A stretch of 64,000 bases of DNA from Macrostomum hystrix (lineage: Eukaryota; Animalia; Platyhelminthes): NCBI GenBank assembly GCA_950097015.1, contig CATNEN010000007.1, forward strand, positions 682,001-746,000, written 5' to 3'. The notes under the pieces were generated by a model. The model had not been told where the DNA came from. It ran no database searches and was given only the letters and a program-made list of their open reading frames with translations. Numbering within the stretch: position 1 is the first letter of the stretch; each line of letters opens with the position of its first letter. The translations under genes and the position numbers were made by a program. Positions 17,816 through 31,100 of the stretch are shown here, one piece after another.

Positions 17816-20250
17816 GACAGGTAGATAACCTGAACAGACAGGCAGATAACCTGAACAGACAGGCAGATAACCTGAAGAGACAGGCAGATGACCTGAACAG
17901 ACAGGCAGATGACCTGAAGAGACAGGCAGATGACCTGAAGAGACAGGTAGATGACCTGAACAGACAGGCAGATGACCTGAAGAGACAGGCAGATGATCTG
18001 AACAGACAGGCAGATGACCTGAAGAGACAGGTAGATGACCTGAACAGACAGGCAGATAACCTGAAGAGACAGGCAGATGACCTGAAGAGACAGGCAGATG
18101 ACCTGAAGAGACAGGTAGATGACCTGAAGAGACAGGTAGATGACCTGAACAGACAGGTAGATGACCTGAACAGACAGGCAGATGACCTGAAGAGACAGGC
18201 AGATAACCTGAAGAGACAGGCAGATGACCTGAACAGACAGGCAGATGACCTGAACAGACAGGCAGATGACCTGAACAGACAGGCAGATGACCTGAACAGA
18301 CAGGCAGATGACCTGAACAGACAGGCAGATGACCTGAACAGACAGGCAGATGACCTGAACAGACAGGCAGATGACCTGAAGAGACAGGCAGATGACCTGA
18401 AGAGACAGGCAGATAACCTGAAGAGACAGGTAGATGACCTGAACAGACAGGCAGATGACCTGAAGAGACAGGCAGATAACCTGAAGAGACAGGCAGATGA
18501 CCTGAAGAGACAGGCAAATGACCTGAAGAGACAGGTAGATGACCTGAACAGACAGGCAGATAACCTGAACAGACAGGCAGATAACCTGAAGAGACAGGCA
18601 GATGACCTGAACAGACAGGCAGATGACCTGAAGAGACAGGCAGATGACCTGAAGAGACAGGCAGATAACCTGAACAGACAGGCAGATAACCTGAACAGAC
18701 AGGCAGATGACCTGAAGAGACAGGCAGATGACCTGAAGAGACAGGCAGATGACCTGAAGAGACAGGCAGATGACCTGAAGAGACAGGTAGATGACCTGAA
18801 CAGACAGGCAGATGACCTGAAGAGACAGGTAGATGACCTGAACAGACAGGCAGATGACCTGAAGAGACAGGCAGATAACCTGAAGAGACAGGCAGATGAC
18901 CTGAACAGACAGGCAGATGACCTGAACAGACAGGCAGATGACCTGAACAGACAGGCAGATGACCTGAACAGACAGGCAGATAACCTGAACAGACAGGCAG
19001 ATAACCTGAACAGACAGGCAGATGACCTGAACAGACAGGCAGATGACCTGAAGAGACAGGTAGATGACCTGAACAGACAGGCAGATGACCTGAAGAGACA
19101 GGCAGATAACCTGAAGAGACAGGCAGATGACCTGAAGAGACAGGCAGATGACCTGAAGAGACAGGCAGATAACCTGAACAGACAGGCAGATAACCTGAAG
19201 AGACAGGCAGATGACCTGAACAGACAGGCAGATGACCTGAACAGACAGGCAGATAACCTGAACAGACAGGCAGATAACCTGAAGAGACAGGCAGATGACC
19301 TGAACAGACAGGCAGATAACCTGAAGAGACAGGCAGATGACCTGAACAGACAGGCAGATGACCTGAAGAGACAGGCAGATGACCTGAAGAGACAGGCAGA
19401 TGACCTGAAGAGACAGGTAGTAGACCTGAACAGACAGGCAGATGACCTGAAGAGACAGGCAGATGACCTGAAGAGACAGGCAGATGACCTGAAGAGACAG
19501 GCAGATGACCTGAAGAGACAGGTAGATGACCTGAACAGACAGGCAGATGACCTGAAGAGACAGGTAGATGACCTGAACAGACAGGCAGATGACCTGAAGA
19601 GACAGGCAGATAACCTGAAGAGACAGGCAGATGACCTGAACAGACAGGCAGATGACCTGAACAGACAGGCAGATGACCTGAACAGACAGGCAGATGACCT
19701 GAACAGACAGGCAGATAACCTGAACAGACAGGCAGATAACCTGAACAGACAGGCAGATGACCTGAACAGACAGGCAGATGACCTGAAGAGACAGGTAGAT
19801 GACCTGAACAGACAGGCAGATGACCTGAAGAGACAGGCAGATAACCTGAAGAGACAGGCAGATGACCTGAAGAGACAGGCAGATGACCTGAAGAGACAGG
19901 CAGATAACCTGAACAGACAGGCAGATAACCTGAAGAGACAGGCAGATGACCTGAACAGACAGGCAGATGACCTGAACAGACAGGCAGATGACCTGAAGAG
20001 ACAGGCAGATGACCTGAAGAGACAGGCAGATAACCTGAACAGACAGGCAGATAACCTGAAGAGACAGGCAGATGACCTGAACAGACAGGCAGATGACCTG
20101 AACAGACAGGCAGATAACCTGAACAGACAGGCAGATAACCTGAAGAGACAGGCAGATGACCTGAACAGACAGGCAGATAACCTGAAGAGACAGGCAGATG
20201 ACCTGAACAGACAGGCAGATGACCTGAAGAGACAGGCAGATGACCTGAAC
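17816..20250. repeat. 21-bp minisatellite (agacaggcagatgacctgaa[g/c]), about 116 copies, no net frameshift
   Basis: Read directly; variants at mainly three positions. The minus-strand ORFs 17542..20313 and 17793..20327 are repeat translations. Confidence 0.96.
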
Positions 20251-20760
20251 AACTCTGTGAGTATTACAAGCGCAGGTACAATTGGAGAACACTGAAAGCA
20301 GCAATAACTGCAAATATCAGAACTCACCTACAAGTAATTAAAATAATTGATGCCGTATGAGAAGATAAGTCAAATCAATTGCATCTAATAAAACCGACGG
20401 AAATTAATATCCTATATCCATGCAATTATCGTTAAAAGCCGTGAGATTGACTCGCATTTTCCTACAAGATCATATATGAACACTCAATAAGATAAGCACA
20501 AACTAAGAGTACAAACACATATAATTGAAAGAAGAAAGATTTAGCCAGCTGATTAGTAAAGTGAAATCGATTTTCTTATTTAGTTTATTATTTTATTGAT
20601 TATTATAAGATTAACGCAGTTTAGGAAACTGACGCACAAAGAAATTCATTTTAAATTGGCATCTATAACTCGCCCATTAGAAAGCCGATAGTCAATAGCC
20701 ATTGGTGTCAATTGTTGCTGTCTTAATTCCAATTCGTCAAGCATTCCCTGTAGTTCAAAA

Positions 20761-23700
20761 TTAGCCCACAATTTCTCCGCGATTGTCGCCGACATTGTAG
20801 GCCACCCAGTCGGCTGCGATGGGCGCGGACAGCAGCCGCGGACCGAGGTCGAAGGCGTCAACCACCGTCCGGCTGTCGATAGTCTGGCACAGGCGGCGAG
20901 CGGTTTTAGACACGGCCGCACCCTGCTCCGCTGTGAGCAGGCCGCTGCTCAGAATCGAGCCCAGGTGACGCTCCACACAGTTGAGCAGGTACAGATGCCG
21001 GACACTGTTCAGCAGGCCGCGGGTTGGCGAGTCGGACGGCAGATCACCGACGGCCTTGGCGACTGCCTCGGCTGTCAGGCGGTAGCCGTACATCCTGGCG
21101 GCCTCCTGAACCTCGTCGCTGAGCTCGCACATCCAGGCCTGGAATAGGCCGGCCGCGCCGGCTTTGCCCAGCGCTGTTACCAAGGCAACGTTGAGTCTAG
21201 TCTCGTGAGAGGCCAGCACGGTTTCTAGGAAAGCTGGATCCTCCACAGCTTTGGCGTCCTTGGATAACTGGGCAGGTTTGGAGGGCTTGAAGCTGGAGAG
21301 GCGCTCTTTGGCCACCTTCTGCATGAGGACAGAGTTGTCGCCTTCGGCTGTCAGCGCTGCGTGGGCGTTGCCAATGTAGGTGCCGAATCTGGGACCGGGT
21401 GGTAATCAGAGAAATTCATATACCACAATGATCCCCTCTTTACTAAAGTAGAACTACATATTAAAACAATTGAGTCAATTTTAAAGTAATCCTTCCTGAA
21501 AAGTGTTTGCAGTGAAATCCACGGGAATTCGCAGGAAGTCCCTGGGAATTCATGGGGAATTCCTGTAAAATACATGGGAAATCCCAGTGAATTCATGAGA
21601 AATCCCAGTGACTTCATGAGAAATCCCAGTGAATTCATGAGAAATCCCAGTGACTTCATGAGAAATCCCAGTGAATTCATGAGAAATCCCAGTGACTTCA
21701 TGAGAAATCCCTGTGAATTCTTGGGGAATACATGGGAAATTCCTGTGAATTCATGAGAAATCCGTGTGAATTCATGAGAAATCCGTGTGAATTCATGAGA
21801 ACTCCCTGTGAATTCATGAGAAATCCCTGTGAATTCATGAGATCCCTGGGGATTCGTTGGAAATCCCTAATAACTCTCAGAAAAGCTCTGGGTATCTAGG
21901 GAAATTCAGGAGAAATCGTAATATCGTTAACATTTATTGCAGACAAAGACATCAAATAAAATTACTTCTAGGAAAATGAACTCAAACCCACCTGTTGCAG
22001 GCCAGGTAACCCTGACCGCCGCATCTCTCCCTGGTGATGCTGGCCACTCGTTCCATATGCCAGCCGCACAGAGGCTTAATGGCGCAGCACATGGTTACTA
22101 ACTCGGCGTGCTCAGCCTCAGTCTTGGCCGTGGCGAAGGCGTCCTTGACTCGATTCAGGCCAATATTGAAGGCCACTGTGTCAGCCAGTAGTGGAACTAG
22201 TGCACGCTTCTGCAACTCGTAGGTCAATATAGGCGTGTCGGATTTGCCGGTGGGTCCAACTGTTAGCCGGGTGGCGGCGTAGCGCAGGGCAATGGCCATG
22301 CAGGCCTTGGCACCGCCCATGCACATGCTGGCAATGCAGATGCGCCCGGACAGCAGCTGGTCCGCCACCGTCAGGAAGCGGGCCCGGTTGCTCTTGATTG
22401 AAGTGCTGAAATTGCCCCGCTCGTCTATGTCGCTGTACCTGGAGAGGGAAAAGACGCGCGAGACAATGCGATTGCCGAATTGTATATCGAATTCTTACAT
22501 CAAAATAGACTCTGAATGATGATGGGTGAACAGTGAATGATGATGGGTGAACAGTGAATGATGATGGGTGAACAGTGAATGATGATGGGTAAACAGTGAA
22601 TGATGATAGGTGAACAGTGAATGATGATTGGTGAACAGTGAATGATGATAGGTGAACAGTGAATGATGATTGGTGAACAGTGAATGATGATAGGTGAACA
22701 GTGAATGATGATAGGTGAACAGTGAATGATGATAGGTGAACAGTGAATGATGATAGGTGAACAGTGAATGATGATAGGTGAACAGTGAATGATGATAGGT
22801 GAACAGTGAATGATGATGGGTGAACAGTGAATGATGATGGGTGAACAGTGAATGATGATGGGTGAACAGTGAATGATGATGGGTGAACAGTGAATGATGA
22901 TTGGTGAACAGTGAATGATGATAGGTGAACAGTGAATGATGATTGGTGAACAGTGAATGATGATAGGTGAACAGTGAATGATGATTGGTGAACAGTGAAT
23001 GATGATTGGTGAACAGTGAATGATGATTGGTGAACAGTGAATGAATGACTATTCTAGCAGAATTATCCCTACCTATTCAGCAGGTTCTCCCTTGGCACTC
23101 TGATGGAGTCGAAGGACAGCTTGGCATTGTCCACTCCGTTGAGTCCCATGCGGACGCCCATGTCGTGAATGTGCACTCCGGGCATGGGTTTGAGCTGGTC
23201 GTCGCGAATCCTGGCAAGAATGCCGTGCACTCCGCACTGCTGACCGTTGACTCGCAGCTGGGCGAAGACAATGCAGTGCTTGGCGTGCAGGGCGCCGTTG
23301 GTGATCCAATACTTCTGCGACAACGGCGTCGGACTGTTGATGACAAACTCGCCGGCCTTGGCGTCGTACTCGGCCGTTGTCTCCATCTCGACGGCGTTGT
23401 TGCCGTAGCCCAGCTCGGTTAGGCCGAAGCAGCCGACATCGTCGAGGCTGTCGATGCCAGCCAGAAGGCGGCTGTGATGCCGCTCCGTGCCCAGCTTCAG
23501 CACCGTGCCACCGAACAGGTTGAATTGCACCTGCGACAGGGAGGAGCGGTGATCTCAACCCACAATGAACTCACGTAGAACTAACTCACAATCCACCCAC
23601 ACTGAACTCACTGAAAGGCGCTCAGTACAGACAGGCACCAGTACAGACAGGCACCAGTACAGACAGGCACCAGTACAGACAGGCACCAGTACAGACAGGC

Positions 23701-24194
23701 ACCAGTACAGACAGGCACCCAGTAAAGATAGGCACCAGTACAGACAGACACCCAGTACAGACAGACACCCAGTACAGACAGACACCCAGTACAGACAGAC
23801 ACCCAGTACAGACAGTACGCCGGTTAGTCCGGTGGTTATATATCGGACTAACCGTCATCTTGGTGGTCATTGCCGGGTCCGTGACAGCGGCCAGCTCGTG
23901 AGCGGCGAAGATCCTGTGCGGATTGTTCTGAAAGTCCAGCACTGAGATGAAGCCGGCCCGGCAGACCTTCTTGAGTCGCTGGTAGGACAGCTCGCGATCT
24001 TCGTCTAGGCTGACATTGTAGCGAGGCTGAAACAGCGGATCGGCCGCCATGAAGGCCTTCATCTTGTCGCGCATGTCATGATTGTCGTGATCCAGGACTC
24101 GCTTCAGTTCGGCGGTGGCGCCGGACGAGTACAGGCGATGCGGCAGCTGCGTGAAGCTGAGGCTATGGCTGACTCGCGTGAGGCGATGCATCAT
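20761..24194 (-). CDS. Acyl-CoA oxidase family flavoprotein; exons 24194-23853, 23530-23073, 22438-21992, 21388-20761 (624 aa)
   Basis: Motifs [83 protein letters not shown] and [12 protein letters not shown]. All GT-AG junctions are in frame. Exact ortholog unclear. Confidence 0.92.
21570..21850. repeat. 21-bp minisatellite (gaaatcccagtgaattcatga) in ACOX intron 3
   Basis: Read directly. Confidence 0.9.
22513..23045. repeat. 21-bp minisatellite (gaatgatgatgggtgaacagt), about 25 copies, ACOX intron 2
   Basis: Read directly. Confidence 0.95.
23620..23815. repeat. 16/17-bp minisatellite (cagtacagacaggcac) in ACOX intron 1
   Basis: Read directly. Confidence 0.9.
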
Positions 24195-24219
24195 CTTGAA
24201 ATGTTTGGGAATGAGGATC

Positions 24220-24820
24220 TGGAAATGAGAAACCATTGAAGTTAGGGAATTCGGAATGAGAAACCATTGAAGTTAGGGAATTCGGAATGAGAAACCATTG
24301 AAGTTAGGGAATTCGGAATGAGAAACCATTGAAGTTAGGGATTCGGGAATGAGAAACCATTGAAGTTAGGGATCTGGAAATGAGAAACCATTGAAGTTAG
24401 GGATCTGGAAATGAGAAATCATTGAAGTTAGGGATTTCGGAATGAGAAACCATTGAAGTTAGGGATCTGGAAATGAGAAACCATTGAAGTTAGGGATCTG
24501 GAAATGAGAAATCATTGAAGTTAGGGATTTCGGAATGAGAAACCATTGAAGTTAGGGATTTCGGAATGAGAAACCATTGAAGTTAGGGATCTGGAAATGA
24601 GAAACCATTGAAGTTAGGGATTTCGGAATGAGAAACCATTGAAGTTAGGGATTTGGGAATGAGAAATCATTGAAGTTAGGGATCTGGGATTGAGGAACCA
24701 TCGAAGTTAGGGATCTGGGATTGAGAAACCATCGAAGTTAGGGATTTGGGAATGAGAAATCATTGAAGTTAGGGATCTGGGATTGAGAAACTAATGAAGT
24801 TAGGGATCTGGGAATGAGAA
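24220..24820. repeat. 31-bp minisatellite (gaaaccattgaagttagggatctggaaatga), about 19 copies, directly upstream of the ACOX start
   Basis: Read directly. Confidence 0.93.
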
Positions 24821-25185
24821 ATAAAGAAAAAGTAATGAAAAAAACCGTTAAACAATTTGAATTTTGTAAATATATATTGTCAGTTTAAACCAGTGACAAG
24901 AATATCACTCGCGTGTATCCATACGAGTACAATAGTTCGTAATTCTACAATACTATGAATTCTGCATTTAAATCAACAGTTTTGTTAGATAATTTTTTTT
25001 CTTGGGTAAAGAGTGTTCAAAATGTAGTGTCGCTACATACGGATGCAAGATTTATAAATAATAAATTAATTCTTCAGTTACAAATATGGTAAAAAAGTAA
25101 CAACTTTCACACAAACTACTAGCGCAGCGCTTGATTAAGTAGTAAGTGACAGGCATGTGCATGCTCAAAGGAAAATCATAAACTT

Positions 25186-28100
25186 TCAATTGTCCACAAG
25201 CTTCTCCTTGGCCTGCTGCTTGGCCCACTGAATCCTTTTGCCAGTCGAGTCGCAACTCGACACGCCAGACTGTGAGCCGCCGTCGCCTAGCAACCGGATT
25301 CTAGCCGCCTCATCCTCGGCCTGATGCTCGGGATCCAGCATTTGCAGTCGAGTCAGCAGGCTGGACAGCTGCATCGGAGCCTGGTTGGAATGCACCTGCG
25401 GGGCATTCAGGTGGCTTATAACTTTCTAAGAAATGCAGCCGAAGTTTTCCAAGAAATGTAGCCAAAGTTTTCCAAGAATTATAGCCAAGGTTTTCCAAAA
25501 AATCTAGCCAAAGTTTTCTAAGAAATGTAGCCAAATTTTTCCAAGAAACCTAGCTAAAGTTTTTCCAAGAAATCTATTCAATGTTTTTATAAGAAATGTA
25601 GCCATTTTTTTCCAAGAAATCTAGCCAAAGTTTTCTAAGAAATTTTGCCATTTTTTCTTAGAAATTTAGTTAAAGTTCTCTAAAAATTCTAGCCAAAGTT
25701 TTCTAAGAAATCTAGCCAAAGTTTTCTAAGAAATCTAGCCAAAGTTTTCTAAGAAATCTAGCCAAAGTTTTCTAAGAAATCTAGCCAAAGTTTTCTAAGA
25801 AATCTAGCCAAAGTTTTCTAAGAAATCTAGCCAAAGTATTCCTAGAACTCCAGACAAAAAATACTTTTCCAAGAAATGTTGCAAAAGTTTTCCTACAACT
25901 ATTGCTAAAGAATTCATGGCAATCAAATTTCCTGGAAACACTTTTCTAGAAATCATAAAATTATATATATATATATAGATTTACAGCTTCATAACAAAGT
26001 TTAAGAAAAAAAACTTTTTCTTTTTCTGGTTTTAATTTTTTATGATCTGCTATTTGAATAATGAAATTTCTGAAAAACAAGACATTTCCTAGAATCGCGC
26101 TACTGTCCAGAAATCCAGCCTTATTAATTTTCTAGAAATGTCAATGCAGTTTGTAAGAAATTTTGCCGTTACCGCTTTTAATTTTTGAAGTCCGGAGCCC
26201 TCAATGCCTAATATTATTGACAAATGTTAGAAAAACAAACCTTAGCCCATCGTTTTCTTCGCTCCAAATCGCCGAATTGTTTATAATTGGCCAGAGTTTC
26301 CGCAACCTCTGCGTCCAACGAGTTGCCGCCAATCGCGGTGAGGTTGCGCAGCTCGGCGTGGTACACCACCAGCAGCCAGAGCGGCAGGCTGGCGAACAGG
26401 CCGGCACTGGCGCCGTCCGTCCCGACTATCAGTGGCACAGCGCAGCGAAGTCGGGTCAGGCGAGTCCGGCATCGGTGCTGAAGCAGAAGGCGGCACAGGT
26501 GGGCCACCCATTCGGCGCGGTCGAACACCGGCACCGGCTCGCTGACGGGATAGTCGCAGCCTAGCTCAACCGCCAGCCTGCCGCAAGCCACGGACTCAGG
26601 ATCCCAGTAGCCCCAGCACCAGGCTGGACAGTCGGCAGACAGGCGAGTCAGCAACAGGCTGGAGTCCGCCGCTGAGCGACTCAGTAGGGCCAGGTTGCCG
26701 CGTAGGCTGGTGGCAGAGTTTGGTGGCAGATCAAACGGGTCAATGTCGACAACCTGCGGATGTTAAGGGATGGGAGATTCACCGAAATATCCCACATTTG
26801 CAGGCTAACAACAGATGACACCTGCCCGAATTGGCCAGATGTGCAGCCGACAGCACAGCCGCAGCTATTGCGCGGCGCATCTGAAGGCTGTGTACGGCTG
26901 TTCAGTCCATGGACCCAACACTCAATTACCTCAGCTGATGCTGGTACCTTGTCTAGCTAAAGGACACGAATTGTTCCTGTTTAGTCGCGAATCGAACCCA
27001 CGACCTTTAAGTCGTGAGTCCCACGCTTAAACCAAGAGGCTAAAACCTCTTAGAAATAAATTAAGCAACAATGACAAGGTCCCCTGGGCGCAAAATATTA
27101 GGCGCAGCTCAATCACAATCACAATACCATCCTCTGTCAACCAATCAGTCACCACCCCACAGCTGTTAGCATTCAAGCGCTGCCAAAAATGTTCTGGGGG
27201 GCCCGCCTCCCTGGGCATAAAAACGGGCGGCAAAATGGCTTGGCAGTCCTACTGTTAAGCAGCCATACAAGGACGCGCATATACAGATTAAAATTTTTTA
27301 ATTTTCTTGTACTTCTTTAAGGAACATATTTTGGACAAATTTTATACAATTATTTTGTAAGGTCTTCAAGGAAAACGCAAAATTTACAGTTTATTACCCT
27401 TAATTTACATAAATTACTTTTATAAACAGCAGCTTCGTTTCACAGCTCTTCATGTCTAGTTTATTTATTTATGTAAATTCTGATTGCGAGATTTTGCAAT
27501 GCAGCAGAGAATTCTTGCTCTTCTAGTGGTTACTTTGTGCTCTCGTAAAGTCAAACTTTTTAGTTTTTTCAATATAGTCACAAACAAAATGTTCAATTTA
27601 TATTGATTCTTCTTATTAGCCAAAGGGATTTAACAGAACCAAGTCTGTAGCAAATAGCAATGAAACTCAGTTTGGTTGGGACCAAATCTGTGGCCTCGCA
27701 GCTGAATCGATTCAAGGGGGGGGGGAAATAGTGTGGCCTTTCTACTGTTAAGACAGCTCTGAACTGCTGACATCTTCATATAATTCAACTTATATAGGAA
27801 TGAGCTTTATAAAGTCGCTATCTTCATTTTATATTTGCCTCCTGTCAATATTGTTGCATACAAAAATATGGTGTGCACTGAGTATCTGTGTGTGCGTTTC
27901 CTAGAATTACTTTACTTATAATAGAATAAGATACGAATATCTACCTGGTCGTACTGCAGCCCCTCAGCCTCGCCAGCAGCAGCAGCAGCAGCAGCAGCAC
28001 TGTTATTGTCCAGGCACCTGAGCAGCACCACCTGGCCAGATAATGGCGTCCTAGACAACAGGTGACCCTCCGATCCAAAGGCGAGCAGTTCAGCCCAATA

Positions 28101-31100
28101 CACCTGAGGCAGGAGCGAGGCTCCGTCGCCATTTGCTGGCGGAAGGTGCGACTCTATCAGACGCCAATTGGCTCGCCAGACATCCGATGTTAGCGACCTT
28201 TAAGCAAACGGAATATTTGGCTACAGAATAACAGACTCCCTGACAATGAGTACTGACAGACTCCCTGACAATGAGTACTGACAGACTCCCTGACAATGAG
28301 TACTGACAGACTCCCTGACAATGAGTACTGACAGACTCCCTGACAATGAGTACTGACAGACTCCCTGACAATGAGTACTGACAGACTCCCTGACAATGAG
28401 TACTGACAGACTCACTTGACAATGAGTACTGACAGACTCACTGACACTATATATGTACTCTGATACTAAATACGTACTCTGACACATCCGGACAATTTTA
28501 AGACAGACCCACCGAACAACAGCCTGATAGAAGGCCTCCTGACTGCCATCCCGTAGAGGGGCACTAAAAGCGTTCCTCAGTCTATTCGAATAGTCATTAG
28601 CGGTGGCTTTGAGTCCTTTAAACAAACGTTTAGCGGCTAGTCGTCTGGCGTGCGACTGCAATAGCAGGGCGCATGACTGCAGCCTGGCTCTGGTGCGATA
28701 CATGCCCAGAATATGACGATAGTGACAGAACACATCCTTGCGGCCGACTAACAGCGGACCGTCTGAAGTTATTAATTGCGAGATATTGCTTATAATTAAA
28801 TATGCTTTGTTTAAATAATACCAGGGAGCTTATAGTCACTACTGGAGTGGTCTGGAGTTCGAATTTCAGCGCGATGAAAAATCGATTAATGCAAGACACT
28901 CAATACATGGTTTTTTAGTTCAGAAAACTGTACTGGAACGAACATTTGTTTAATTTAATTTAAAAAAGGAGAGATAATTATAATAACAAAGACCAATCAG
29001 GTTTTAGTACTTGTAACGCTAAGTGTTTCAGTTACTCAGATTAGTTTTTACGCCTCACCGTAAGTTTGCTTAGCAACCCGCTTGATATACTGTCCAGCCT
29101 TAAAACAGTCCTGACTGCATTCTTTGTCAATACCGACTTGGCAAGCACCCAGCTGACCAGCCAGAGTGTACGGCAGTACAGCGTCGGAGAATGTAACCAA
29201 GAATCGATGCCTGGAGGCCGAGCATTGAAACAAGTTGCTAGCTTTAACAGCAGCCAAGTGGCAAGCTCGAAGACGCATCAGAGCCTGTGAAGACGGCAGC
29301 GATAACGAAGGCAATCGATCGATGAACAGCAACTTGACGTCAACGCACTCCGAAGACGCTGTCAAATTTAACTGTTCAGGATCAGTCAGCAACGAAGTCA
29401 ACAATGTTAAACTGTGAGTAGTCAGCGTTTTTGATGCCGAAATCTGCTGTTGCTGCTTTAAAGTCAGCGATGATTGGGCAAGGAACACGCTGGCTGCTTC
29501 CGCCTCGTATGGCGCTAGAGAAGACAGGCTTGCGAGGCGGTAGGTTCGACTGCCCAGCCAATGGCTGACTTCGAGCAATGTCTAGATTGTCGTGGCGGAT
29601 GGAGAGGGCAATATATCTAATACATTGACAAAATAATAATAAATCGATATTTAATAGACACAAGTTAAACAATGCGAGAGAGCTACTACTATTAAGTCTT
29701 CTTAAGACTCGTACAGGTTTGCACGTGTAATTCGTAAAACTGCATTTTAAGGATTATGCAGGGCCACCTTCAAGGTCAATCGAAAATCTTAAAAGCCAAC
29801 GAATCCTGGCTTCGAGATGTGCGGAACAGTTTTTCACTTGTTGGGCATATCGACATCAAGGCTACAACCTAGTTGCAGACAAATATTATTGAATTCAGGA
29901 CAAACAATTACGAGTCCCAGTAACAAACCTGCTCAGTTCCACCGCCTTTGACTTTAGAAATTCGAAAGACTTCCAACGCAGAAGTTCCAGCCGCAGACGA
30001 TTTCTTAGCAGCTATGACAGGATCTCCGCGGCCAAAAGCCACACCAAGAAGAGTGGGCGCCTTTGCGCTGCCCAAAGAACGATAAGCGTCGATAAGACCG
30101 ACTGAAGGAGCAGATTTTTCTAAAGCCTCCACGTAGCCTCTAGTGGCTAGAGCTTGGGAGTCTACTTTAATTGCGTCTTTGTCCAATAAAGCCAAGGGGG
30201 TTGATGTAATCAAACGAGCGCGAAGGCAGCCAAACAAGTCGCATAGATAGTTGAATTCGAAGCTCATCGCTTCACGTGCGGGTGTCGCAGCTATTGGCAT
30301 TGATGCACTCGCATCGACCTGACCACGCAACAAGTCGGTCGGCCCAATCAGCAGCGTCATGCGACCAACTGCGCCACTGCCTTGGGTGACAGTTTCGCAC
30401 AATCGACAAGCGGCTAATCTTTGATTAATCCGGTCAACTACAAACTGCACTAGCCTGCGATAGATGGCTCTAATCATGCCGGCTAGAGCGGCATTACACT
30501 CTTCTGCGGTGCGGTTTCTCAGCGCCTTTCTGTGACCGTCGCGTAGTACTTCGTATCTGTGTTCAGACGAGACAGATGTTAAGTGACGAAGTCTAATTTT
30601 ATTTTACAGAACGATTTGAACAGAAAACTCAAGCACATACCTAATAGTGACCTCCCGCATTAGCGAATCCATCTCAAGACCCAGCAGTCGAGCTGCCCTC
30701 TCCAGATTCTCGTGCCGTTCAAACTGCACGCATTTCTTTGGCTTGCGCGAATCTGGCACAACTCTGACAAGGCGCAGATTTAGCGCAGCCGCAGCGCAAC
30801 GATAAATGAAGTCCAGATTTTCATCGGAGAAGTTAAACACTTCGACGAGGCGGCGAGCTACGTTAATATGACGTAAGCGATCCTCCGATTCCAGCGTAGC
30901 AAAGGCAGGCGGAAAAGCCGTTGAGAGCGCCACTTCGGCATCGTCAAGATAATATTCAGCCCTGGCGGACTCATTGGCATGCTCCATCAGCGAGTAGAAG
31001 AAGCAAAATGCGGTGAAATCTTCCGCTTCTAATTCTGAACGGCTTAGAACGCCGTAGCCCATTAGCCAGAGAAGATCGTATTTGATGCTAGTAAGATCGC

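Noticed and set aside
17542-20327. 923-aa and 844-aa minus-strand ORFs
   Set aside because: Both frames are open only because the 21-mer lacks stops on that strand; the products are non-protein-like repeats.
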